DNA of 64,000 bases from Isurus oxyrinchus (GCA_026770705.1 JANJGN010000013.1:104346001-104410000), one strand, 5' to 3'. Counted from the first letter of the stretch, positions 1 to 14,000 are shown. Notes: a model not told the origin generated them from the sequence alone. Numbers and translations are program-made.

Positions 1-322
1 GGGGCCTGGACGAAGTAAATAGAGAGAAACTGCTCCCATTGGCAGAAGGATTGAGAACCAGAGGGCACAGATTTAAGATAATTGGCAAAAAAAGCAAAGG
101 CGACATGAGAAAAAATGTTGAGTGGTTAAAATTTGCAATGCACTGCCTGAGAGCAGGTTCAATCAAGTCATTCAAAAAGGTAATTGGATCATTAACTGAA
201 AAGGAAAAATGTGCAGGGCTGTGGGGAAAGGGCAGGGGAGTGGCACTAGATGAATTGCTCCTGCAGAGTGCCAACATGGACACAATGGGTCGAATGCTGT
301 AACCATGCTATGATTTTATGAT
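1..322 (+). mobile_element. CR1 LINE 3' end (truncated by window edge)
   Basis: RTRGHRFKIIGK motif of the CR1 ORF2 C-terminus, followed by a (TATGAT)-like tail near 309-326. Confidence 0.85.
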
Positions 323-812
323 ATGATCTCTTATCAAAAGAGGAGGCAAAGCATCCCTGCAACAGATGCTTCTGCTTTTCTATGCCTCGGTACAAGTTAA
401 TGTAGGGTCAGGGTATCACTGTGAACATATCTGTATGGTTCCCCATCTGGGAGGAAGCCAGCACCCCAAAGGCGAAGTGTGGTTAGAGTATCGGGTCTTT
501 TCAGCGGACTGCTATCCACAGGCACAGGTGTCTCTAACTGGCAGATTAATTAACAAACCACACTCTGGTCCCAGAAAGTGCTTCACAATGGATTCTGGAA
601 ATTCTCTGCAGACACATAGCTCCAGTTACACAGGTTTGCACACCATTGTAGAATTTCAGGCCCATATATTTTTGCATTCAAACAATTTGATACTGTCATT
701 TAAAAAAAAAACTTTTTTTTTGATAATTAGTCAAGTAAAAGCAAATTTCAGATATATTATGAAATATGGAATAAAGCAGCAAAGAGCAATAATCCAAAAA
801 GAAAGCATTTAC

Positions 813-1002
813 CTCCCCACGCTGAGGATCTTGTATTCTGGTGAATCGCAGGTCACTTTGCTGCCAGCTTGTATTAACACTATATATTTGTAGCTGGGAC
901 AATTCAAAAGATGCATTGAAAGCTTTTGCTTTGATTTTGATAATGATGGAATTCACAGAGAGAGAGATGCCTTCTACAACTTTTTCAGCAAAGCCATACT
1001 CA
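813..1002 (-). CDS. BLTP3A: BLTP3A-like coding exon 5, 190 nt
   Basis: ttcttatag|T GAG TAT GGC...CGT GGG GAG|gtaaat = (S)EYGFAEKVVEGISLSVNSIIIKIKAKAFNASFELSQLQIYSVNTSWQQSDLRFTRIQDPQRGE. The split codon AG+T completes Ser; overlaps track ORF 696..956. Confidence 0.93.
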
Positions 1003-1308
1003 CTATAAGAATAAGATTAACAAATCATTAACTGAATATATACACTCAGTATACTTAACATGTCAATTGTAAGTAAATAGCCATGTCTTCACTCTTTGAA
1101 AGCATTAAAACACATTATCATTGACTTCACACAAAAAAAATTATTAGCTGCACTTTCTTGCACCAAATCTTAATTTTAAATCTAAACTTCAGATATAACC
1201 CGAGACAACAAAAGCATCCAAATAAAATGAAAATAAATAAACTGCATCCATGGTGAATTTCTACAGCAATTTTCCTGAACAATTTAGGGTTTGGTCCTCA
1301 TGACTCAC

Positions 1309-1400
1309 CTTTGACCCGAAGCTGTCGCAATAGGAGATGGTCCATTAGGAGGCCGAGGTTCCTCACAAGTTCTCATCTCCATTTCTACCTTATCCAGGTA
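1309..1400 (-). CDS. BLTP3A: BLTP3A-like coding exon 4, 92 nt
   Basis: ttttgttctcttctag|TAC CTG GAT AAG...GGT CAA AG|gtgagt = YLDKVEMEMRTCEEPRPPNGPSPIATASGQ plus 2 nt. The other two frames stop immediately. Confidence 0.93.
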
Positions 1401-1439
1401 CTAGAAGAGAACAAAAAAAAGTCACAAACTCCAGACTAA

Positions 1440-4400
1440 AGTACTTGGTTAAGGAGATCAGCTGTTCTGACATCTCACACGATATTCTAAGTTAAATAAT
1501 AAAGTAACTAAATTAACTAAATAACATAAGTTACAATGGCAGGACAGGTGTTATGTTACAGCTGTGGAATGCGGGAGCTTTTGAGCACCAAGGCGTTCCA
1601 GGACAAACATGTCTGCAGAAAGTCTAAGCAGCTAGAGGAATTCTGGATCAAGATTATTGATCTGGAAGCCAAACTGCAGACACTGCGCAACATAAGGGAG
1701 GAGGAGAAATACCTGGACACCTTGTTCCAGAAGATGGTCTGACCTCTTAGAATAGGGTCGTCTGCTTTGGTCAGCATGAGGGACAGGAGGGTGCAACCAT
1801 GAGTTAGGCAGGTATAAGGACCAAGCAGAAAGGAGTGGAGGAGCCTCAGATTTTGCAATTGTCAAACAGGTTTGAGGCGCTTGCAACCTGTATGGACAAA
1901 AGCAAGGTCTGCAGGGTGGATGAGCAGACTGGCTATGCCAACATGGTACAGGAAATTGTTCAAGCAGGGGGAGCAAAAAGGAACATAGTGGTAGTAGGGG
2001 ACACTATAGTAAGAGGGATTGACATTGTTCTCTGCAGCAAAAAGCGAGACTCCAGAAAGCTGTGTTGCCTGCCTGGTGCAAGGGTTCAGGATATCTGCTC
2101 AAGGCCGGAGAGGAACTATCAATCAGTGGGAGGGGTAGGATCCAGTAGCCGTGGTCCATGTAGGTACCAACGACATAGGCAGGACAAGGAAAGAGGTTCT
2201 GCATAGTCAGTATGAGTAGCTAGGCACCAAATAAAGAAGCAAAAACTCAAAGGTAATAATCTCTGGATTATTACCTGAGTCACGTGCAAAAATGGAATAG
2301 GGCAAATAAGATTAGAGAGGTAGATGCATGGCTCTAAGACTGGTGTGGGAGAAGTGGGTTCCAGTTCGTAGGGCACTGGCACCAGCACCAGTACTGGGGA
2401 AAGTGGGGACTGTACTGCTGGGATGGGTTACACCTGAGCCATGCTAGGACCAATGTTCTTGCGAGCCACATAACTAGGGGAGTAGACAGGATTTTAAACT
2501 ATATGGTAGGGGCAAGGGATCTAATTTGGGAAGATGTGATATATCAAAGCGTGGAGACAAAGCAAGAGAGGAAGGTATTAATATGGGAAATGATAAACAG
2601 ACTGTGACAAGGAGGGACAGAGAGTACAAATCTAAGATCAAATCAGCAGATAAGGCTAGAGGTTACAAAAATAATAAAAAGGACAAAACTTAAGGCCTTG
2701 TATCCAAATACACATAGCATTTGAAACAAAACAGATGAACCCATAATGTACAACCTGATAGCCATTACAGAGACATGGCTACAGGATGACATGGATTAAG
2801 ACCTGAATGTTGAGGGGTATGTGACATTTAGGAAGGACAGGAAGCTAGGAAAAACTGGCTCTGTTAATTAACGATGATATTAGAACAATAGAGAGAAATG
2901 ACCTAAGTTCAGGAAACCAGGAGTGAGTGTGAGTGAGTGAGTGAGTGAGCGTGTGTGTGTGTGTGTAATCAAAGAGCTTGTCAGAAAGGTACGGCAATTA
3001 TTATGGGAAAAATCAGATGGGCAAAGGTAGCCTCAGTGAGGAATTCATAAAATGTTTTTGTGATAAATTGTGAGAACAGCATGTTCTGGAGCCGATCAGG
3101 GACCAGGCTATACTGGACCTGGTTGAGCAATGAGATAGGATTGCTTAATGACCTCATAGAGAAGGTGCCCCTAGGTAAGAGTGATCATAATATGATTGAA
3201 TTTTACATTCAGTTTAGGGAAGAGAAGAATAGGTCCAAGACTAATATTTTAAATTTAAATAAGTGCAATTAAGAGGGCATGAAAGCAGACTGAGCAAAAG
3301 TGAACTGGCAATTTAGTTAAGGGATAGGTCAATAGAGATGCAGTGGCAGACATTTAAAGGGATATTTCGGGATACACAGAATAGATATATTTCAACAAGA
3401 AAGATAAATTCCAAGGGGAGGACTCATGATCTGTGGTTAACTAAAAAAGTTAAAGATAATATCAAACTCAAAGAGAAGGTATATCATTGCACAAAGATGG
3501 GTGGCAGGTCAGTAGATTGGACAGAATATAAAAAACAGCAAAAAATGACTAAAAGATTGATAAGGAAGGAAAAATTTGACTATGAGAGAAAGCTAGCTAG
3601 AAATATCAAGACAGATAGTAAGAGTTTCCAAAGATATTTAAAAAAGAGCTAACAGTGAGCATTGGTCCTATAGAAAGTGAGTCTCGGGAATTAATGATGG
3701 AAAATAAGGAAATGACAGATGAATTGAAGAGGTATCTTGTATCAGTCTTCACTATAGAGGATGCAAGTAACATCCCAGAAATGTAAGTCAGGGATTTGAA
3801 GGGAGGGAGGAACTCAAAATTACAATCACCAAGGAAATGGTACTTAGCAAATTATTGGAACTGAGAGTTGACAAGTGCCCGGGTCCTGATGGATTTCATC
3901 TTTGGGTCTTAAAAGAAGTGGCTCGTGAGGTAGTTGATGTGTTGGTTTTAAGTTTTCAAAAATCACGAGATGTGGAGACGGTTCCACTAGATTGGAAATA
4001 GTTAATGTAACCTTATATTCAAAAAGGAAGAAAGGAAGGAAACTATAGGCTGGTCATAGGGAAAATGTTAGAAGCTATTATTAAAGACATTATAACAAAG
4101 CGTTTAGATAAATTCAAGGTTGTCAGGCAGAGTCAACATGGTTTTGTGAAAGGGAAATCATGTTTAACCAAATGATTGGAGTTCTTTGAAAAAGTAACAG
4201 ATGCTGTGATAAAGGGGACCCAGTGGATGGACTGTACTTAAATTTTCACAAGGCACTTGATAGGGTGCCTCATCAAAGGTTATTGCCAAAAATGAAAGCT
4301 CATGATGTAGGGGTAACATATTGGCACGGATAGAAGATTGGCTGGCTAACAGGAAACAGACCAGTCATAAATGGGTCATTTTCTGTTGGCAGGATATGAT

Positions 4401-5392
4401 GAGTAGTGTGCTACAGGGATCGGTGCTAGGGCCTAACTCTTTATAATTTATATAAATGAGTTGGATGAAGATACCGAAGGTATATTTGCTAAATTTGCTA
4501 ATGACACAAAGATAGGTAGAAAAGTAAGTTGTGAAGAGGACATAAGGAGGCTACAAAAAGGTACAGATTGGTTAGGTGAGTGGGTAAAGATCTTGCAAAT
4601 GGAGTATAATGTGGGAAGATGTGAGGCTGTTCATTTTGGCAGGATGAATAAAAAAGCATTTTATCTAAAATGAGCGATTGCATTGCTCCGAAATACAGAA
4701 TGATCTGGGTGTCCTAGTGCATGAATCGCAAAAGATTCGTATGCAGGTGCAGCAAGCAATTAGCAAATCTAACAGAATGTTATCATTTATTGCAAGGGGA
4801 ATTGAATGCCAGAGTAGGGAGGTTATGCTTCAGTTATACAGGGCATTGGTGAGACCATATCTGTAGCACTGGACTCCTTGTTAAAGGAAATATATAAATA
4901 TGTTGGAAGCAGTTCAGATAAGGTTTACTAGATTAATACCTGGAATGGATGGGTTGCCTTATGAGGAAAGGTTGGACAGGCTAGGCTTGAATCCACTGGA
5001 GTTTAGAAGAGCAACAGGCGACTTGATTGCAACATACAAGATCCTGAGGGGACTTGACAGGGTGGATGTGGAAAGGATGTTCCCTTCTTGTGGAAGAATC
5101 TAGAACTATGGGTCACTTTTTAAAAATAAGGGGTCGCCCATTTAAGACAGATGAGGAAAAACATTTTCTCAGAGGGCTGATAGTCTTTAGAATTCTCTTC
5201 CTCAAAAGGTGGTAGAGGCAGTCTTTGAACATCTTTAAGGCAGGGGTAGATAGATTCTTAATAATCAAAGGGGTGAAAGGTTATCGGGGTAGTTCAGGTT
5301 AAAATCAGGTCAACCACGATATTTTTGAATGGTGTAGTAGGCTCAAAGGGCCAAATGGCCTACTCCTGCTCCAAAATCATACATTTGTATGT
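1440..5392 (+). mobile_element. Near full-length decayed CR1 LINE (ORF1 zinc-finger + SGNH esterase; ORF2 APE endonuclease + RT)
   Basis: ORF1 fragments MAGQVLCYSCGMRE..VCRK, IVVVGDTIVRGID, VHVGTNDIG; ORF2 fragments GKSDHNMIEF, FANDTKIG, RFTRLIPGM; 3' tail ending tttgtatgt. Many stops and frameshifts. Confidence 0.93.
2921..2966 (+). repeat. (GAGT)n(GT)n compound microsatellite inside the CR1 endonuclease region
   Basis: gagtgagtgtgagtgagtgagtgagtgagcgtgtgtgtgtgtgtgt read directly. Confidence 0.9.
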
Positions 5393-5439
5393 TATCAAAG
5401 TCAATTCCAAATGAACCTCTTATATAAATGTTTCTCCTC

Positions 5440-5810
5440 TTGCGCCTCTGCTTCTGAAAGCAATAATTTGTAATGGATTACAGTTCCACAATGAACTGTA
5501 GTGATCTAGAGCCTCACCCATTTTCGATTCAGTGGCCATTCTTCCTGGGTGACTCTTGACACAAGCATCAGTAGGCTCTTCAATAAAGAGGCACAGGTTC
5601 AATTTGCCTTCACCAGCACTTATATACGCATACCTCGAGCAGTAGTTCGTGAGCAGCAATTGCAAGCAGAAACTTGAATGATTGTTTTTTTGCCCCCTTT
5701 CTCAAAGCTCAGAGATACTGAGTCTTTCCCTTTGCAACACCAAATGAGATTGGGTAATATTGTACAGCCCAGACTACAAACTTCTAGTCCATCTGGTTCA
5801 GTGTGTTCTT
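5440..5810 (-). mobile_element. Old SINE-like repeat (LF-SINE-like family; related copies at 23430 and 60360)
   Basis: Reverse complement contains aaacaatcattcaagtttctgcttgcaattgct, similar to ggaaaattgtccaagattcctcctcctgatccct at about 23556. Family name from memory. Confidence 0.4.
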
Positions 5811-6734
5811 ATAATGCTCATGATACTATAACACCTCAGATCATATATGGTACATGCACTCCTTTGTAGAAATGAATTTTATCACTGAACCATAAAATCA
5901 TAAAATGATTGAAATGAAAGCAATGAAGACAGGAAACAACCCAAACCACAACATTGGAGTACACATCTTCCAAGGAATGGTAAGATTAAAGGAACATAGA
6001 ATCTTACAGCACAGGCCCCATCATGCCTGTGCTGGCTATTTGAAAGAGCTATCTCAATCTGTCCCATCCGTCAGCTCTTTCCCCATAATGCTGCATGTTT
6101 TCCCTTTTTAAGCATATACCCAATTTCATGGGTTATGGCTTCACAACTCACTTCCTATATCCCACTGCTCTCCATCCATCATTTACTCAGGCTGATCTCC
6201 AATCATGCCAGGATAAGGCTACAATCCCTCAGATACAGGGCAAACTGGTTCCGGAACTTGTTTATACCCTTCTCCATGAGAACTTTTAACAGTAGTTTGA
6301 TGTACGGATGAGGATATGCACTCATGTTGGGAGTTGCTGACTGATTATTTTAATGCATTGGGACAGTTTTAATACATATTTTAATTATAGTTGGATCTCG
6401 TAATAGGGTCAGTTTCTTTCTTTTATTGCCATTACTCAGTTACATGTAATTTTTTAACATACAAGTAATGTACCCAAAATGAATTTCCATAAGGACAGTA
6501 AAGTGAAATTGATTGACATGACAGAACAATGTCTACCTACATTTATTCTGTATTTCCTATTTCGCTTAAGGTGACTGAATCCTACTTTGATATTTTACTT
6601 ATTTTTAAAAATTTTCTCTTATGGGAAGAGCATGGTCAGAGTCAGCTTGTAAAGTAAGCATAGCAGTACCCATGTTATTGGAGAAGGCTCACAAGGAAGC
6701 TTTGCTGGTCACTTCAGATAGCAGTTTAGAGTCA

Positions 6735-6965
6735 ACCAACTTGGGACTTGAGTCACAGACAGACCAGAATAAACAGGGACAGAATGTATCCTCCCTAAAA
6801 GACATAAGTGAAATGGCTGGGTTTTTATGACCATCCGACTGCTTCTCAGTCACTTACTGACAGCACATTTTATTTCAAGACTTTGTTTGAATAAACCAAA
6901 TTCCAACTCTCAAGCTACCATGGTAGGATATGAACTCACATTCTCTGAACTATTAATCCAGGACT
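6735..6965 (-). mobile_element. Degenerate tRNA-derived SINE, same family as 22460-22812
   Basis: gagtcacagacagaccag, ctccctaaaagacataagtgaa and ccatggtaggatatgaactc are reverse complements of motifs in the 22460 SINE. Confidence 0.65.
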
Positions 6966-7705
6966 CATGGCGAGTTCATAGGTATATAAAAAATTCAATA
7001 GGATAGAGAAGATGAGTATGAAATAATACTTGGATATGTCAAGGCAAAAAGGCAAATTTAGAACAGACTTTTTTTTAAAAACAGGATGATCAATAGCTGC
7101 AATAAGTCATCAAAGAAGGTAATTGAGGCCAGAATATTGGGCTCATTTAAGAAAGGGTCAAATGTGAGAATGGAAAGGCAGTTGAGTGAATAGTCTGGAA
7201 GCATGAAATAATGGAAGCATTCTTTGTCAACCTACATCAGATCACTCAATGATAACAAGCTCTACTGTTACGACTACATTCTGAATAGCTCCAAAGTCAG
7301 CAATAGTAACAATTGTAGTCATAGGAAATGGCTCTACACAAGACAAATACAAACAGGAAGGAAACCATCAGCAATATCTTTGCAGATTACACAGCTGCAT
7401 TGCTCAGTGATTATATCTGACAACTTCCTTCTAATTTGCCAAATCATTCACACAGAACACTGCTCTGAGAATCTTAACAGTGTCTACTAAATAAATAATC
7501 AGATTCAACTTTTATAAGGATGTCATGAAACATTTTCAAAGGTACCATGTAAATGCACAGGCTTTGAAAATTCACATAAGGAAACATAAATTGTGAATAA
7601 GGGAGAAGAGCGAATGGCAAGAGAATTGAAAGGTGAGCTAATAATAGTTTGCAGCTGCCAAGTTTTTAACATTTTGTTTTGCTTCAATAGAGCAATCAAA
7701 GGCAC

Positions 7706-8290
7706 TTTATTTTATCCATTTATTCATTCACGGGACTTGGCTGTCACTGGCAAGACCAGCATTTATTACCCATTCCTAATCACCCTCAAGATGGTGATGG
7801 TGAGCCATGAATTTGAACCGCTGCAGTGAGGTGAAGGTATTTCCACAGTGCTGTTCGGTGTGGAGTTGCACAATTTTGGCCCAAGCGCTGACAAACTAAC
7901 GGTGACATATTTCCAAATCAAGATTGTCATGCAATTTGGAGGGGAACTTGGAGGAGGCAATGTTCCCATGTGCCTGCTGCCCTTGCCCTTCTAGGGGTAA
8001 CGCTCAAGAATTTGAGGTGCTATTACAGAAGCCTTGTCAGCTTGCTTCAGTAGATGGCATACACTGCAGCCATTTTGCACCAGTGGTGGAGAAAGCAAAT
8101 GTTTTAAGGTGGTGAATGGGATACCAATCAAGCAGGCTGTTTTGGCCTGGATGGTGTTGAGCTTTCTCCATGTTGTTGGAAGTAATGGTAATTTCCTGGC
8201 ACTTGTGCGGTGCGAATGTTTCTTGCCACTTATCAGCTCAAGGCTGAATATTGTGCAGGTCTTGCTGCATGCAGGCACTGACTGCATGAG
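7706..8290 (-). mobile_element. 3' fragment of a second CR1/L2-group LINE lineage
   Basis: Reverse complement of the 31040-32540 element 3' region (tttattcattcacggg...ccagcatttatt). Confidence 0.85.
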
Positions 8291-8559
8291 AAAAGTTCCA
8301 GATATAAATATATCTGTTCATTCTGCTGCCTAGGGAGCAGAGTGGACTATGGATAAATGCTTAAAATGCATGAAGGGTTTTCCAAACTATTTAACAAAAA
8401 GCAGTAAAGGAAACTGCAAGCATGTAGATTGAGAATGGCAGCCACATTAATTATTCGCAGTCATAAGAATGTAATCGCTGCCCTAAATAAGAACTTATTA
8501 ACCTCTCCCTCCCATAAAGAGGCTTTTCTATTAACTCTTGCTGTGATAGGTCCTCAGGA

Positions 8560-11097
8560 GAATAACGGGCACCGAAACGGCACCACAAGAACTTAAACAT
8601 AAGCCTCGCAGAGCAGCACCACAGAGAGGTGAATGACACAGAAGAAAATAAATTGCAAAGGGCAGTGGGGCTAAGTTTGCAGGTGCATACTTTCAATTTA
8701 AACTATAAAAAGTAAGCAAGGTGATTAAATATATAATCTTGAATTAATTAAGTAAATAAAACAAGTTTAGATAAGGGTGGCAGTACTGGGAGGGATGCCA
8801 TATTGCAGCATATGGGAGTGTGTGCATAGCCTCATGATCCTAGATACCATATCTACTCTAAGCGTTTGCGTCTTGAGGAACTTCAATTCGATAACTCTGA
8901 ATGAACAGAAGTCCGAGGGGCTGATATTGCAGGTCATCAGTGAGGGAGAAAGCTACCTGGGTACTTTGATCCAGGAGGCAGTCACACACCTTCGGTTAGA
9001 TCGTGGTACGGGTCTGGTTAGTGGTCAGGGACAGGAGGGTGTGACTGAGTCAGGTAGGTAAGGGGGCCCCCATGTGGAGTGCTTGAGGAGTCTTGGCCAT
9101 TCCCCTTATATAACAGGTGTGAGGTTGTTTCTGCTATTCTGGATTTGGGCAAAATTCACAGGGTGGGTACATGAACAGTCCATGCACATGGTTTAAGAGG
9201 CTATTCAAGTGAGGGAAAATGAAAAGCAATGTGGTAGTGAAATGGGCAGTACAGTTAGGGGAACAGACATTGTTTTCCGCAACCTTGGGTGGGAGCTCGG
9301 AAAGTTTCATTGGCCGGCCGGTGTCAGGGTTAAGGATATTTCCTCAAGGCAAAAGAAGAACTTGAGGGTGGAAAGGGGAGGGTCCCATTTCCATGGTCCA
9401 CATAGAAACCAATAACACAGATAAAACAAGGCATGAGGCTCTACTAGGAGAGCTTGAGGAACTATGGTTGAAGTTGGGAATTGAATATTCCAAGACACAT
9501 GGCTTTTAGAAGAGTTAGAAAAAATGGTAGAGTTGGAGTACACTTATAATAAAAGATGGAATAAAGAAGTAGAGAGAAAGCATCTTAGCTCGGAAAAATC
9601 AAGATATAGAATCAATTTAGGTGGAGTTAAAAAACAACAAGAGATAGTAAACAATGCTAGAAGTAGTTTAAATTCTCCCTAATAGTAGTTGTTGTGTTGG
9701 GAAGTGTATAAAGCTGAAAGTTAGAGGTGAATGCAACAGGGTAGCTGTAGTAATCACAGGGGACTTTAGCCATCATATAGACAGAGCTAACCAAATTTAA
9801 AGAAGGTGTGGTAAACAAGCTCATGGAATGCATTCAAGACAGTTTTGAGATTAAGATGCAGAGGAACCAACTCAGGATACAATAGATCTTGTATTGTGCA
9901 ATGAACCAGGCCTAAATTGTCATAAAGGAGCTTCTGCAGAAGAGTGATCACATGATGAATTTTATATTGAGTTTGAGAGTGATTTAGTTAAGTTCAAAAC
10001 TATGTTCTTAAGTCTGAACAAAGCAAATTATGTAGATGTGAGGGCAGAGTTGGCTCAGATAGATTGAGAAACTAGATTACAAGATATGATGGGTAGATAA
10101 GCAATGGTAAATATTTAAAGATTAAATTCATAACTTACAATTATACATTTCCTTAAGGAATGAAAACACCATAAAATGTCACCCCAACATGGCCAACAAA
10201 AGTTAGATCATATTATATTAAAGGAAGAGCTTATATATGTTGCTAAAAGCAATAGTAGGCCTGAGGACTGGGAAGATTTACAATTTAGCAAAGGATAGCC
10301 AAGAAATTAATAAAGAATGAGAACATATTATATGAAAGTAAATAGCTAGAGACATAGAACTGATTGTAAAAGCTTCTATAGGTGTAAGAAAGCAAAGATT
10401 AGCAAAGAAATTCAAAGAGGAAACATGGGTACCTTATAGGTAGAGACAGGGGAAATTATAATAGAAAATAAGGAAATGTCAGAGACAATAAACAAATACA
10501 TCATATCTGTCTTAATGGTAGAAGAGAAATACATTCTGGAAGTAGTGGGGAAGCAAGGGTCCTGACAAACTGAAGGATGTTAATTTTAGCAAAGGAACAG
10601 TATTGGAGGAAAAAGCCAATAAAGTCCCTGAAACTCATTACCTAGGCATTTAAAAGAGTCTGTTGATGTATTGATTTTGAGCATCCAGAATTCCCTAAAG
10701 TCCAGAGTGGCCCCCATGGATTGATAGTTAGAAAACATAACCCTGCTATTCAAGAAAGGAGAGAGGAAACAGGGAACTATGGATGATAGGAATAAACAGG
10801 TCATTTTCAGGTTGGCAGACTGTAACTAGTGTGGGAACTGCTGTGAGAACACTGATATATAATCAGCCTGACATCAGTAGTAGGGAAAATACCAGAACCT
10901 ATTATTAGGAAAAATATAACAGGGCTTAGGAAACCAGAATACGACTGGGGAGAGTCAGCATGGATTTATTAAAAGGAAATAATGTTTGACAGGTCTGTTA
11001 CAACTGTTGCAACTAATAGGATGGGATAAGAGGGAACCAGTGGATGTAGTTTATTTGGATTTTCAAAAAACATTCATTCGGTAAGGTATCACAGTAT
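8560..11097 (+). mobile_element. Decayed CR1 LINE, 5' part (ORF1 + EN + start of RT); interrupted by the 11098-15565 element
   Basis: ORF1 remnants (GESYLGTLIQEAVT, GSTVRGTDIVF), EN motif KSDH, RT QHGFIK..YLDFQK; stops at ...taaggtatcacag. Confidence 0.85.
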
Positions 11098-14000
11098 CTT
11101 TACAGTACCGAAGGAGGCCATTTGGCCCATCGAGTTTGCACTGGCTCTCTGAAAGAACATTCCACCGTGGCCCATTGCCCTGCCTTATCCCCGTAACCTT
11201 GCACATTCTCTCTTTTCAGGTAGCAATCCAATATCCTTTTGAATACCTCGATCAAATCAGCCTCCACCATCCTTTCGGGAAGTTTGTTCCAGACTCCAAA
11301 CACCCTCTGGGTGAAAACATTTTTCCTCACATCACATTTACTCCTTTTGCCAATTATTTTGAATCTGTGCCCTCTAGTTCTTGATGTTCTCTTGAGTGGG
11401 AACAGTTTTTCACTATTTATCTTATCCATACCCCTCAGTATCTTGAATACCTTTATCAAGTCTCCAATGAAAACAATCCCAACCTCTACAATCTATCCTC
11501 ATAGTTACAGTTCTTCACCCCAGGAATCATTCTTGTGATTCTCCTCTGTACCCTCTCCAATGCCTTCACATCCTTCCTCAAGTATGGCACCGAGAACTGA
11601 ACACTGTACTCAGGCCTAACTAGTGTCTTATACAAATACAACATGGCCTCCTTACTCTTGTTTTCAATGCCCCTTTAAATAAAGCCTAAGATACTATATG
11701 CTTTATTAACTGCTTTCTCAACATGCCCTGCCATCTTCAATGACGTAAGAACGTATAAACTGAGGTCCCTCAGTTCCTGCACTTCCTTTAGAGGCTCTCC
11801 CTTTATTTTATACTGTCTCACCATATCTTTCCTGCCTAAACGAATCACTTCACACTTTTCTGCATTGAACTTCATCTGCCACTTGTCTGCCCAATCCACC
11901 AATATGTCTATGTTCTTTTGAAGTTCAAGACTATCCCCATTACAGCTGACATTTCTAATCTTTGTACCATCTGCACATTTTGCAATCATGCCCTGCACAT
12001 CACAGTCTAGGTCAATATATACCAAGAAGAGCAAAGATCCCAACACTGACCCTTGAGGAACTCCACTACAAACCTTGCTCTAATCTGAAAAACAACCATT
12101 TATCACTACGCTCTGCTTCCTGTCACTCAGCCAATTTCTTATCCAAGTGCCTATTTTCCCTTTTATTCCATGACCTAGAATTTTGCTCACAAGTCTATTG
12201 TGTGGCACTATATCAAATGAATTTTGAAAATCCATATACACCACATCATCAGTGTTTCCTGTATCAACCTTCTCTCCGGTTTGTTACCTCCTCAAAAAAC
12301 TCCAGCAAGTTAGTTGAACATGATTTTCCCTTGATGAATCCATGCCGGTTTTCCTTAATTATCCTGCACTTATCATAAATGATTATTGATTTTTTCCCAT
12401 TCTATAGTTTCCATAAGTTTCCCTATCACTGAGGACAAACTGACTGGCCTGTCATTGCCAGCTTTATCCTTGCACACCTTTTTGAACAAGGGTGCAACAT
12501 TCGCAGTTCTCCAGTCCTCTGGCACATCCTCTGTGTCTAAGGAAGACTGGAAGATTACCATTAGTGCGTATGCAATTTCCACTTTCACTTCCCTCAGTAC
12601 CCTTGGATGCATCTCATCCGGTTCTGGTACCTTATGTATTTTAAGTAAAGATAGCCTTTTCAACACCACCTTCCTCTCTATTGCAAGTTCTGTAACTGTA
12701 CCAGTTACCTCTCTCTCACCTCAGCCTGGGTAGCAAGTTCTTTTTTATAAAGGCAGATGCAAAGTACTTATTCAACACCTCCTATATTTTCCAGCATCCA
12801 CATGCAAATCCCCTTTTTTGTCCCTAATCAGCTCTACTCTTTCTTTTACCACCCTTTTATTATGTACATGCTCAGAGAAGACCTCGGTATTCCCTTTTAT
12901 GTTCGCGGCCAGCCTCTTTTCATTCTCTCTCCTTGCTTTTCTTATTAGTTTCTTCACTTCTCCTCTGGTCCTTCTATATTCAGCCTGATTCTCCATTGTA
13001 TTTTCTATCGGACATCTGTCGTACGTGCACTTCTTCCTTTTCATCTTTACCTCTATCTCTCATCACCCAGGGCACTCTGGATTTATTTGTCCTGCAATAC
13101 TTTGTCTTTGAAGGTGGCCCGTTGTTCAGCCACTGTCTTTTCTGCCAACATTTGATTCCAACTCACTCGACTAAGATGCATTCGCGTCCCATCAAAGTTG
13201 GCTTTCCCCCAATTAATTATCCCTGCTCTGGATTGTTCTCTGTCCTTTTCATGATTAGCCTAAACCTTATGATATAATGGTCACTGTCCTCTGGAAGCTC
13301 TCTCATTACTATTTGATCCACTTGGGCCAAGTCATTCCCCAGAACCAGGTCCAGATATGCATGCCTTGTCATTGGACTGGAAACATATTGCTGTAGAAAA
13401 TTATCTTGAACACATTCCAGGAACCCTTGCCCCTCTTGACCTTGTGTACTATTCCTATCCCAGTCTATATTTGGATAATTGAAGTCCCCCATTATGGTTA
13501 CTCTATAACTCTCGATAATTTCTTTTCAAGTTTATTTCTCCACATCTCTTCCACTAGGTCTATATACTACATCAATCAATCAATGTTATTACACCTTTCC
13601 CATTCCTTACCTCTAGCCAGAGAGATTCTGTCCTTGATCTCTCTGGAACATCCTCTCTCTCCAGCAGTGTAATGCCATCTTTAACCAATATTGCCACTCC
13701 CCACCCCCTTTCTTGTCTCTCCTAAACACCTTGTACCCAGGAATATTTAACACCCAGTCCTGCTCTTCTTTGAAACAGTTCTCTGTTATAGCAATGATAT
13801 CATAATTCCAAATGTCAACTTGTGCCTGCAGTTCACCAGTCTTATTAATCACCCTACGTGCATTCACATACATGCGCATTAGTCCTGATTTGGGCTTTTT
13901 TACTTTCCCGCTTATTCTGATCCCAACTCATGACTCACTGTTGCCTACTCTAATTCTATCAAACTCTTCAGTATTCTTACTGCCTTGATGCAACTATCTG

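Noticed and set aside
1-812. Exon 6 (expected VLTFKEI.WQ...) and the 175-aa plus-strand ORF 366..893
   Set aside because: No exon 6 match. The ORF has no recognisable domain, crosses A/T runs and overlaps exon 5 antisense, so it is probably chance.
5420-5665. 81-aa minus ORF as an extra BLTP3 exon
   Set aside because: Exons 3 and 4 already join seamlessly, and the region resembles an old SINE.
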